Shown here: piece by piece, positions 31,407-41,374 of the stretch
Position numbering within the stretch: the stretch's first letter is position 1
Layout of the letters: every line of letters begins with the position of its first letter
NCBI GenBank assembly: GCA_963749535.1
Contig: CAVVNF010000014.1
Location: forward strand, 2,335 to 66,334
DNA length: 64,000 bases
Reading direction: 5' to 3'
From: an uncultured Thermoleophilia bacterium
Lineage (GTDB): Bacteria; Actinomycetota; Thermoleophilia; RBG-16-64-13
Program-made: the position numbers and the translations under genes
Notes under the pieces: generated by a model
Seen by the model: the letters and a program-made list of their open reading frames with translations, nothing else
The model's database searches: none
Told to the model about the DNA's origin: nothing

Positions 31407-33003
31407 GTGGCCTACTACCGCGATTTTAGGGAGTACATCGCCAAACTCGATTCGATGGGCTTGGTGCGCCACATCTCCACTCCCATCAACAAGGACACCG
31501 AGCTCATGCCGCTGGTGCGCCTGCAGTTCCGCGGGCTTCCCATCGAGCAGCGCACGGCATTCGTCTTCGACAACATCCACGATGTGCTCGGCAAGCAGTA
31601 CAACGGCTCACTTGCCGTCTGCGTGCTGGGCGGCAGCCGGCAGATCTACGCCGCCGCTTTGGGGTGCGAGCCGGCCGACATCACCAAACGCTGGGCCGAG
31701 GTGCACCAGAACTACATCGAGCCCAAGATGGTGAGCGACGGCCCCTGCAAAGAGGAGATCCACGTCGGCGACAATCTTCTTGAGCACGACGGCATCCTCG
31801 AGTTCCCGCATCCCATCTCCACCCCGGGCTTCGACCCGGCGCCCTACTTCACATCGCCTTACTGGGTGACCAAGGACCCGGAGACCGGGGAGCGCAACGT
31901 GGGCACCTACCGGGCCATGGTGAAGGGTCCCGCCCGCACGGGCGTGATGGCTCACCAGTCGCAGCACATCGGCATCCACTTTCAGAAGATCCAGCGGATG
32001 GGCAAGAACTGGCTGGAGGCCGCGGTCGTTATCGGCTGCACGCCCGCAGTGGGACTTTGCAGCGTCTCCAAGGTGCCGTATTCGGTGGACGAGTACGCCG
32101 TGGCCGGCGGGATCGCGGGCGAGCCGATCGAGCTGGTGAAGTGCGAGACCGTGGACCTCGAAGTGCCGGCGACCGCGGAGATCGTAATCGAAGGCTGGGT
32201 GGACACCACCTTCCGCGAGAAGGAAGCGCCTTTCGGCGAGTACACCGGCTACATGGGCGGACGGGTGATAAACCCGGTCTTCAACGTGACCGCCATCACC
32301 CACCGCAAGAGACCCGTGTACCAGGCGTTCCTCAGCCAGTTCCCGCCCTCGGAGAGCAGCCTCCTCCGCAAGCTTGGCTACGACGCGGCTTATCTGAAGT
32401 TCCTGCAGCACGACTGCAACATCCCCGGGGTCCTCGACGTGCAGCTCCACGAGGCCACCGGCAGCTACGGTCTCATGGTCATCCAGCTCAAGAAGACTCA
32501 CCCTGCGCAGGCCTGGCAGGCGCTGAACGCGGCGGTGGGTTTCGACCCCACCATCGGCAAGGTGATCGTGGCGGTGGACGACGACATCGATCCCGCCGAT
32601 CCGGACGCCGTCAACTGGGCGCTCGCCTTCCGCATGCAGCCGCACACGGATTCCCGCGTGGTGACCCACAAAGCCTCGATCCTCGACCCGTCTTCGGCGC
32701 CTCCGGAAGCCTCGGTGGACGTCCAACGCTTCCCGCCCCCGGTGGGGACCTCGGGGCTGCTGATCGACGCCACGCGCAAGTGGGGCTATCCGCCCACTTC
32801 GCTGCCGGCCAAGGAGTTCATGGAGAAGCGCCATCGAGCGTTGGAAGGCGGAAGGGCTGCCCGCGCTGACTCTCAAGAAGCCGTGGTTCGGCTACGAGCT
32901 GGGCCATTGGACCGACGAGGAACGAGAAGACGCAGCCAAGGCTATCAGGGGCGAGTACCTGGATACCGGCGTGCGGCTGCAGCAGCATAGAGAGGATCTT
33001 TAG
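31407..33003 (+). CDS. UbiD-family (prFMN) decarboxylase, frameshift near C-terminus
   Basis: NVGTYR, EAPFGEYTGY, PPSESS, VDDDIDP, LIDATRK. Confidence 0.9.
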
Positions 33004-33099
33004 GCAAAGAGGATATGTAGGCAGCGAGGATTGTAGGCGTGGCCTCCGCCGCACTCGGCCGGCGGGCGCTACCGAATCGGGCTAGTTAAGGAGAGTTTG

Positions 33100-34326
33100 A
33101 TGGCTGACATTTCCGTCGACTTCGCGGGTCTTAAGCTCAAGAACCCGTTCATCATCGCTTCGTCGGAGCTGACGAACAAGGTGGAGAAGATCAAGATCGC
33201 CGAAGAGCACGGCGCAGCAGCGGTCAGCCTGAAGCTGACCTTCCTCCAGATCCCTCTGTACGCCCGGCCGTATCACATCATCGAGAAAGAGGGCGCGTTC
33301 TACTCGCCGTCTGGTGAGCGCATGCGGGTGGACAAGACTCAGAAGCTCATCCAGGAATGCAAGGAGCAGACCGACCTCAAGATCATCGCCAACATGATGG
33401 GCCCCGGCGAGGACCTGGAAGGTTGGGCGAAGCTCGCCCGCATGCTGGAGGAAGCCGGAGCGGACATGCTCGAGCTGAACATGTCGTGCCCGAACCTCGG
33501 TCTGATGGCCAAGCAGTTAGGCGTGGACGAGGAGCCGGAACTTGGCGCCACCCTAGGCAAAGACCCGACCATGGCCGGCAAAGTGACGAAGGCCGTCACC
33601 GACGCGGTGAAGATCCCGGTGATGCCGAAGATGACGCCGGAAGCCAATACCATGATGGTGGCCAAGTCGGTCGAGAAGAACGGCGCCTCCGCCTGTTCCG
33701 CGATCAACTGCCCGCAGTCTCTTCCGCCGCTGGATATCGATCACGGGGGCAAGCCGTTCTACCCGTCCACGGGGAACCAGTCCTTCGCGGGTCTTTGCGG
33801 CCCGTGGATCCGCCCGCTGGCCTACCGGCACGTAGCGCAGATGCGCACCGTCTGCCCGGATCTTCCTATAGCCGGCGGCGGTGGGCTCATGAACTGGCGC
33901 CACTCGGTGGAGATGATCATGTACGGCGCCACCGTCCTCACCTACTGCTCGCTGCTTTACCTCAAGGGCTACAAGGCCTTCGCCAAGATCGAGCCGGGCA
34001 TGCACAAGTTCATGGATGAGCACGGCTACGCCACTCTGGCCGACATGCGCGGGATCGCGCTGAAGTACATCGTGACCCCCAAAGAGGTCGACTACATCCC
34101 GATGCTGCCGGACTTCGACCTGGAAAAATGCAACGGCTGCGGCCTCTGCGCTGCGCCCGGCCACTGCGAGTGCATCGAGATCGTAGACAAGAAGGCCGTC
34201 ATGGTCGCGCCGAGAGAATGCTATTCCTGCGGGGTGTGCTACTTCCTGTGCCCGAAAGATGCCATCCACATGAAGGAAGTGCCCATGGAAATGACCCGGG
34301 CCGGCGCGGCTCTCGAAGAGGACTGA
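33100..34326 (+). CDS. PreA/DHODH-like FMN TIM-barrel reductase with C-terminal ferredoxin domain
   Basis: LKLKNPFIIASS, ELNMSCPN, KMTP, IAGGGG, CNGCGLC, CYSCGVCYFLCP. Confidence 0.88.
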   Translation: MADISVDFAGLKLKNPFIIASSELTNKVEKIKIAEEHGAAAVSLKLTFLQIPLYARPYHIIEKEGAFYSPSGERMRVDKTQKLIQECKEQTDLKIIANMMGPGEDLEGWAKLARMLEEAGADMLELNMSCPNLGLMAKQLGVDEEPELGATLGKDPTMAGKVTKAVTDAVKIPVMPKMTPEANTMMVAKSVEKNGASACSAINCPQSLPPLDIDHGGKPFYPSTGNQSFAGLCGPWIRPLAYRHVAQMRTVCPDLPIAGGGGLMNWRHSVEMIMYGATVLTYCSLLYLKGYKAFAKIEPGMHKFMDEHGYATLADMRGIALKYIVTPKEVDYIPMLPDFDLEKCNGCGLCAAPGHCECIEIVDKKAVMVAPRECYSCGVCYFLCPKDAIHMKEVPMEMTRAGAALEED

Positions 34327-34480
34327 CGTCAGGATCTTTTGCTTGAAAGTGACCGCCGGACACCTCGGTATGGCTTGCGGATCATGCGGGCCACGCGGCG
34401 CGAGATCGGAGCGCGCAATGTCCCGGTGGCCGAGCGCGCCTTGGCATCGTTAGAGACCGGCTGAACTAAGGAGGCTTGGT

Positions 34481-35482
34481 ATGAAGTCATACACATCACT
34501 GATCAAGGGAGCCCGGCTGGTCGTTGAGACCTGCTTTGCTGTGAAGAAGGGCGATGCCGTCCTCATCATCGCCGACGAAGATCACATGCGCGAAGCCACC
34601 GCCATGGCGGGCGTGGCCGTGTCGCTCGGGGCCTACCCGGTCATCGCGGATATTTCCCATCACGTGGCGGCGGGCCTGGCTTCGATGAAGGTCTCCATGG
34701 AGCCGGCCAAGAACCTGGCGGCCGCCATGAAGGCCTCCGACGTCATCATCATCACCACTCAGTTGGAGTGGGCCAATCGGTTCGCGCACGTCAACCCAGT
34801 GGCGGAGAGCGTCAACCTCGGGGCCAAGATCGGCTCGGTGGAAGAAGGCATGGCCGATTGGGACCTCACGCTGGAAGACATCAATGAGACTGTCGGCAGA
34901 GCCGAGAAGCTCATGGCTGCCTTGGAAGGGGTGGAGTGGGTGCGGGTGACCAACCCCGCGGGCACCGACGTCCGTGTGTGCATCAAGGGCCGCCCGCCGC
35001 TGAAGGTCGTCCCCATCAAGGGCGCCGGCGAGATGATGGGGCCGGTACCACTGTGGGGCGAAGTGGCCTACGCCGCGGTGGAGGACAAGACCGAAGGCAT
35101 CATCGTGGTGGATGGCATCATGCTGGGCGTGGGCGTCTACGGGTCATTGAAAGAGCCCATAACCTGGGAGATCAAGGACGGCAGGGCCGTGAGCATCACC
35201 GGTGGCCCGGACGCCGAGAAACTGCGTAACGTGGTGGCGGGTTCGGATGCGAACGCCAATGTCGTGGCCGAGTTTGCCATGGGCACGAGCACGAAGTCTC
35301 CGATGGGTTCCGCCTCGGAGAAAGGGCTGCTCGGGACCGTTCACTTCGCCCTCGGAGACAACTCGCATTGCTATCCGGGCGGCTGCAGCCACAGTAGTCT
35401 CCACTTGGACGGCAACCTGCGGAATGTCACCGTGGAAGCGAACGGCCGCGTGCTCATCAAAGACGGTCAGATGGCCTTCTGA
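34481..35482 (+). CDS. M29 aminopeptidase-T/NicX-like metallo-enzyme
   Basis: GTD, GEV, AEFAMG, EK...GTVHFALGDN, HLDG. Confidence 0.8.
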   Translation: MKSYTSLIKGARLVVETCFAVKKGDAVLIIADEDHMREATAMAGVAVSLGAYPVIADISHHVAAGLASMKVSMEPAKNLAAAMKASDVIIITTQLEWANRFAHVNPVAESVNLGAKIGSVEEGMADWDLTLEDINETVGRAEKLMAALEGVEWVRVTNPAGTDVRVCIKGRPPLKVVPIKGAGEMMGPVPLWGEVAYAAVEDKTEGIIVVDGIMLGVGVYGSLKEPITWEIKDGRAVSITGGPDAEKLRNVVAGSDANANVVAEFAMGTSTKSPMGSASEKGLLGTVHFALGDNSHCYPGGCSHSSLHLDGNLRNVTVEANGRVLIKDGQMAF

Positions 35483-35862
35483 TGGCCGCCGACGGCATGG
35501 ACAAGCAAGTCAGGGTCGTAGACCTGAGCGAAGGTAAGCGCACCGATCTTTCGGATGGAAGTTGGGTCTGCGAGCTCGTTTCGGGGCCTCTGAACGGCGC
35601 CGAAGCGACCACCATGGGCTTCTCCACTTGGAAACCCGGCGCTGCAACGTCGCAGATGATCCACGAGACCGACGAGCTCGCCTTTATCGTCTCCGGACAA
35701 GGCAAGCTTTCCGTCGGCGCCGATTTCGTCTCCTATCGGGCCGGCCAGGGGCTTCTCATCCCGGCTGGCGTGCCGCATGGCGTGGTCAACGACAGCGACC
35801 AAGATATGACCATGGTGTACATCTTTTCCCACCCGGAGTACCCGCCGACAAGACCGGCGTAA
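35482..35862 (+). CDS. Cupin-domain protein
   Basis: HETDELAFIVSGQG, IPAGVPHGVVN. Confidence 0.85.
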   Translation: MAADGMDKQVRVVDLSEGKRTDLSDGSWVCELVSGPLNGAEATTMGFSTWKPGAATSQMIHETDELAFIVSGQGKLSVGADFVSYRAGQGLLIPAGVPHGVVNDSDQDMTMVYIFSHPEYPPTRPA

Positions 35863-35956
35863 GTCGAAAGGGGAGTCGCGTTCGGGCTCACGCGTGAGGA
35901 GAGCTTAGGTGACGGGGCGCCGCGCGGGGCGCTGAAGACAGAAACGGAGGCGGGCA

Positions 35957-37069
35957 GTGATCGTAGGTTGTCCCAAAGAGATCAAGAACAACGAGAGCCG
36001 TGTGGGCATCACTCCCGCGGGGGTTTGGGCATTGACGCAAGCGGGCCACGAGTGCCTCATCGAGAAGTCCGCGGGTGTGGGAAGCGGGTTTCCGGACGAG
36101 GAGTACGTGACTCGCGGCGCTAAGCTGGTGGACGAGGCCGCGGATGTCTGGGCGCGGTCCCAGTTGGTGGTGAAGGTCAAGGAGCCTCTCCCCTCTGAGT
36201 ACCAGTACTTCCGTGACGACCTCACGCTCTTCACCTACCTGCACCTGGCTCCGGTTCCTGAGCTCACAAAGGCGCTTCTTACGAGCGGGATAGTGGGCAT
36301 AGCCTATGAGACCGTGCAGCTCGAAGACGGCAGTCTGCCGCTGCTGATTCCCATGAGCGAGGTGGCGGGCAGGATGGCCATCACGGTGGGTTCCTACTAC
36401 CTGGGCTATCCGCATGGCGGGCTGGGACGGCTGATCGGCGGAGTACCCGGAGTGGCCCCGGCCGAGGTGCTGATCATCGGGGGCGGCATAGTCGGCATCA
36501 ATGCCGCGAAGATGGCCGCGGGTATGGGCGCGCGCGTCACCATCCTCGACCTCGACGCCGACCGCATGAAGTATCTGGATGATGTCCTGCCTCCCAACTG
36601 CGTCACCGTGCACTCCGACCGCAGTGCCGTCGAGCGGTATCTGGCTTCGGCGGATCTCGTGGTGGGGGCGGTTCTGGTGGCCGGGACGGTGGCTCCGAAA
36701 CTGGTGACCCGCGACATGCTCCACCTTATGAAGCCCCGTGCGGTGGCGGTGGACGTGGCCGTGGACCAAGGGGGCTGTTTCGAAACGACCCGAGCAACCA
36801 CCCATCAGGATCCCGTTTACAGCGAAGAAGGCGTTCTGCACTATGCGGTGGCCAACATGCCTGGTGCCTACCCGCAGACCTCCACGATGGCCCTGACCAA
36901 CGTGACCCTGCCGTACGTGCTGGCGCTTGCCAACAAAGGCGTGACGAAAGCCATCCAGGAAGACGATTCCCTTAGGCTGGGCGTGAACGTCTGGCACGGT
37001 CATCTGACCTGCTCCGGCGTCGCGTCTTCTCAAGGGTTGACCTGCGATCTACTGGAGGCACTGCTCTAG
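35957..37069 (+). CDS. ald: Alanine dehydrogenase
   Basis: PKEIKNNESRV, FTYLHLA, PMSEVAGR, DVAVDQGGCFET, VANMPGA. Confidence 0.96.
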   Translation: MIVGCPKEIKNNESRVGITPAGVWALTQAGHECLIEKSAGVGSGFPDEEYVTRGAKLVDEAADVWARSQLVVKVKEPLPSEYQYFRDDLTLFTYLHLAPVPELTKALLTSGIVGIAYETVQLEDGSLPLLIPMSEVAGRMAITVGSYYLGYPHGGLGRLIGGVPGVAPAEVLIIGGGIVGINAAKMAAGMGARVTILDLDADRMKYLDDVLPPNCVTVHSDRSAVERYLASADLVVGAVLVAGTVAPKLVTRDMLHLMKPRAVAVDVAVDQGGCFETTRATTHQDPVYSEEGVLHYAVANMPGAYPQTSTMALTNVTLPYVLALANKGVTKAIQEDDSLRLGVNVWHGHLTCSGVASSQGLTCDLLEALL

Positions 37070-37102
37070 CCCTCTTGGGCGAGTGAGCCGCTGGATCACA
37101 AT

Positions 37103-37139
37103 CGGGGCCCCGGGCCGCTTGAGACGGCCCGGGGCCCCG
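37103..37139. terminator. Perfect 15-bp GC hairpin between convergent ald and M20 genes
   Basis: CGGGGCCCCGGGCCG-cttgaga-CGGCCCGGGGCCCCG followed by TGTTCGTT. Confidence 0.75.
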
Positions 37140-37151
37140 TGTTCGTTCTGC

Positions 37152-38672
37152 CTAGCGGCTACTGCACAGGAGGAGGATCAGTTCCCGGTATATCTCGATC
37201 GCTGCCATCAAGTCGGCGACCGGTACATGCTCGTTGGGCTTGTGGATATTCCCGGAGGCGGGCCCGGGGCCGAAGATGATGGCGTCCATGCCGGCCTCGG
37301 AGTAGACCGCCGGCTTCCGTCGTGCCACTCTTTATCTCCCGCTCAACGGGCAGGCCCTTTTCGCGAAGAACGGTTTCGAGCGCCGCTAGCAGCTCGGAGT
37401 CTCTCTTTGCCACGAACGGCGCGCTGTCCAGCACGCGCTCGCTCTGCATGCGGATCCCTTCCGCGTGAGGGGCGCCCACTCCTTCCATCGCCCGCAGCGC
37501 GGCCTCGTGCTGGTCCAGGATCGTGGCAAGTGCATCTCCGGGTACGCACCGGATGTCTACGGCATAGGAGAGGTGGCCTCCACTCAGGCGGACGATGCCG
37601 TCGTTGACGGTGGTGTACGGCGGGTCGAAGCCCGGCACCTGGTAGGGCGACGACTTTCGTTGCAGCCGTTGCGTGAGTTCATCGAGGGCGAGCAGCCGGT
37701 CGGCCAGCTCCGGTGACCACAGCCCGTCTGCCGGGCGCTCGACCGGCGTCATGAGGCAGTCCGCTCCCCTTGCCAAGGCGCCAGACTTCAGCAGGTTAGC
37801 CACATCTGGCGGCTCCGCTGCCGCGACTACCGCTTCGCAGCGTGCGGAGACTTTGTTGACCACTTCGCCGCCGTTGACCGAGATCAGAGCGATCTGGCCC
37901 CGGGCGGTTTCGCCGGCGGCGCGTGCCCCGTGGGTGGCGCTCCGCGCGAGCGGCGCCCACGCCGAGGTACGACAGTCCGGCAAGGCACGCCGAGTTCGCT
38001 GAGGTGCCATGCTGCGGTTGTGACGAGTGGGCCGCCACCCCGCTGAAGACCAGCTTCCAGTAAGGCAGGTCCGGTGCGGACCGGGGTGCGGGGTCCACCG
38101 CGGTGGTGCGGAACTCCAGATAACCTTTATGGGCGGCGCACGGCCGCAGACGAGTGGGCTCGCCGACGATGATGCGTCTCGGCGGTCTCTCCGAGCCGGC
38201 GGCCGTCAGCTCTTTCACCAGCAGTTTGGCTCCGTAGCGGCCGGTCTCCTCGCCGTAGGTGGCAACCGAGTGCGACGTTGCGCCCCAGCGGCACCCCTTT
38301 CAGTGAGTCGAGTGCCAGGAGTTTGCACAGAAGGTCGAGCTTCACGTCCGCCACCCCGAGTCCGTAGAGCGCGCCATCCTTCTCGGTGAGCGCGAACGGA
38401 TCGCCGCCGGTGGCCGTCCACAGGGACGCGTCGCCCGGGGGCACGGTGTCGGAGTGGGTGGCCAGCAGGAGCGTTTCCCCGTCGAGCGGCCCGCGGCTTG
38501 CGATGAGGTTGAACTGTTTGACTCCGTCGCGGTCTTCCTCTTGGAGACTGGTCTGAAGGCCGGCCTCCAGGCACAAGGGGATGAGGAACGCCAGCAATTC
38601 CAGATTGGAGCGCTGGGAGCGCGAGTCTATGGCGATCATCCGCCGGGCAAGCGGCATGAGGTCGAACGTCAT
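37152..38672 (-). CDS. M20 peptidase/ArgE-like deacetylase, frameshifted
   Basis: [45 protein letters not shown]. Confidence 0.82.
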
Positions 38673-38864
38673 GGTCGGCGCGGTCCTTTGGCTTTGGCTG
38701 GACAGAGGCTCCGTAGTGGTCGGCAGCTTCCGACCGTGCTTGAATGTATGTCTGAAGGGAGGCATTTGCAAGTGATAGAGCAGGTTCGGGAGCCGGTTGC
38801 CGAACATACGCCCGGGGCCGAGCGGGATGATGGGGCGGTGGGGGCGCGGACGGTCGCCCGAGAC

Positions 38865-39513
38865 TTGACGGCAAAGCGCACCTTCGCCACCGGCCGCGCG
38901 GTCGCGCGGCGCCGTGTACTCTGGACGTTTGCTCTCCTGACAGTGCTCGCGGTCGCCGCGGCGACCGCCGGGTGTGGTTCTCAAGCTTCGAGCGCTCGGT
39001 CGACCTCCACGACGCTCAGCGCGGTCATGCAGGCCTACTACCTGGAGCACCCGAGTCCACTCACCGTGCCCATGCACCCCACCGGGGCTACCACCGACCA
39101 GATCATCGCCGCGATACGCAAGGATCACGCCACGGGCGAGCAGATCGTTCTTCCGGACTATCTCCCCGCCGGGTTCTCGTTGGCCGCTCCCTACTATGGT
39201 GACGGAAGCGGAAACGCCTTCCCCAATCCCAACGTCTGGCCGGCCGGCTACAGCGTGACGTACACCGACGGTACCGCGTACGCGGTGGTCGTGGTGAACT
39301 CGGATGACGATCTGAACGAGGGGGACTGGGACTCCTCTCAAGGAAACGGCGCTCGGCCGGGCTCTGAAGGTCCAGGAGGAGCCCACCATGGTCCGTGTGG
39401 CCACCGTCGTGGAAGCCGGCAAGCCTTCGGTGTTCGTCGCCGGAGGCGGCTTCGCGAAAAACGACACGAGACAAGAATTGATCAAAATCGCGGTTAGCCT
39501 GAGCATTCGCTAA
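38865..39513 (+). CDS. Hypothetical lipoprotein (frameshift near 3' end)
   Basis: Basic N-region, hydrophobic stretch, TAGC lipobox. Confidence 0.55.
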
Positions 39514-39625
39514 CGCGTCCGGCGCCCGCAACAGGGACTCCGGACGCCTCTAGCGTGGCCGGGTCAGCCGCGGAAAGCGCCTGCAAAACACCATATAATG
39601 CCAGTTTTCACAGGCCGAATTCTGC

Positions 39626-39654
39626 TTGTGACAGCTTTCTCTAGGTGCTATACT
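39626..39654 (+). promoter_or_regulatory. Promoter of hdr-flx with overlapping Rex-like box
   Basis: TTGTGA-17 bp-TATACT with extended TG; TTGTGACAGCTTTCTCTA matches 11 of 14 informative Rex-consensus positions. Confidence 0.6.
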
Positions 39655-39763
39655 CGCTCGCTGGTGCGCCTATACGGCCGTCCACCTACATCTCACCGAT
39701 GACTTGGAGCCGCCGGCTTCCACCGCGCCGACGAGTCGCTCTTGTCCCAAGAGGAGGATTGGT

Positions 39764-40373
39764 TTGATCCGATATGACGCAGAAAAGGCAGCGTTCTATC
39801 GGGAGAAGTTGAGCGAGAGGGTCCAGACAGACGTCCGAGACTGTTACCAATGCGGCAACTGCTCTGCGGGCTGCCCGGCCGCTTTCACCTTCGACTACAC
39901 TCCCAATCAGGTGATGCGGATGCTCCAAATCGGGCTTGTGGATGAGGTGCTCAAGTCCAAGGCGGTCCAACTGTGCGTCCAGTGCCTCACCTGCACGGCC
40001 CGGTGCCCGCGCGACGTCGATATCGCCGGCATCTTCGAAGATCTGAAGACCGTCGCCACGGCACAGGAACTCGACGTGCCCGAATACGCGAAGACTTTCA
40101 ACGAGGCCTTTATGGGCAGCGTCGCCAGGTACGGCCAACTGCCCGAGTTCTACATGATGGGCATGTTCTTCATGGGCACCCGCAAGCCCACCATGGCGAT
40201 GGGCGATGCCGGGCTGGCCATCCCGATGGTCATCAAAGGGAAGATGAAGTTCATCCCGCACAAGGCCAAGGGCGCCGACGAGGTAGGGCGCATCTACAAG
40301 AAGACCATGGACCAAAGCTCGCGCCCGGGGGAAAGCTGAGGCCAAGGCGGCCAAGAGCGGGGTGGCGAAATGA
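39764..40373 (+). CDS. hdrC: Heterodisulfide reductase-like subunit C
   Basis: CYQCGNCSAGCP, CVQCLTCTARCP; RBS GAGGAGG. Confidence 0.9.
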
Positions 40374-41374
40374 CCCTCACGTACTTTCCCGGCTGCTCCC
40401 TGCGCCACTCTTCCGCGGAGTTCGACGTCTCCACCCGCAAGGTGCTCGAGGTCCTCGGAGTGCAGTTCACAGAGGTTCCCGAATGGACCTGCTGCGGGTC
40501 TACGCCGGCGCACATGATGGACCACCTGCTCGCGCAGTCGCTGGCGGCGCGCAACCTGCGCCAGGCGGCGCTTGTCGGCAACGAGATGCTCGCTCCCTGT
40601 CCGTCCTGCTACCAGCGGGAGAAGAACGCCGAGGTCGAGATCCACAAGAGCGACGCCTTCCGGGCCGAGGTGAACGAGGTCTTGGACAAACCCTATGAAG
40701 CGGACGTTAAGGTCTTTTCGCTTCCTGAATACCTGATCAAGTTCGTGGGCGAAGAGAAAGTCGCCGCCGCTCGTCAAGACCGACCTGTCCCAGCTCAAGG
40801 TGGTGCCCTACTACGGGTGCCTGTTGGGCCGGCCGAGCGAGCTCACCGGCGAGATGCGACAACGAGCAGCCCATGATGATGGACCTGCTCCTGCAGGCCG
40901 CCGGCGCGGACGTCAAGTGGTGGAACTACAAGACCGAGTGCTGCGGCGCCAGTGTGGGCATGCCCAAGCTGGAGATCCAGCGCCAGCTGTCCGGCAAGGT
41001 GCTCGCAGCAGGCCCTCGCCGCCGGCGCCGACGCGATGGTGGTGTGCTGCCCGCTGTGCCACGTCAACCTGGACCTCAAGCAAGCCCAGATCAACAGCTA
41101 CTGCGGCACCGACTACGAAGTGCCCATCCTGTACCTGTCCCAGGTGCTGGGTCTCGCCTTCGGCCTTAGCGCCAGACGACGTGATGCTGAACAAGAACGT
41201 GGTCGATCCTGAGCCTTTGGTGAAGAAGGCGATCGCTGAGGGCGTGCGGGTCAAGGCCGAGGAAGAGCAGAAGGCGGCCGACAAGGCGGCCAAGGCACGC
41301 GGCCAAGGAGCGCGCAAGGCCGCGGCGCCGCAGCCGGCGCCAAGGAAGAAGAGACCGCGGAGGCCGTGTCATGA
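40370..41374 (+). CDS. hdrB: Heterodisulfide reductase-like subunit B, frameshifted
   Basis: YFPGCSL, WTCCG, CPSC, YYGCLL, ECCG, CPLCHVNLD. Confidence 0.9.

Noticed and set aside
33100-34326. Ordinary reductive pyrimidine degradation (preA) or pyrD
   Set aside because: No preT, dihydropyrimidinase, ureidopropionase or pyr genes nearby, and the substrate-binding Asn loop appears altered
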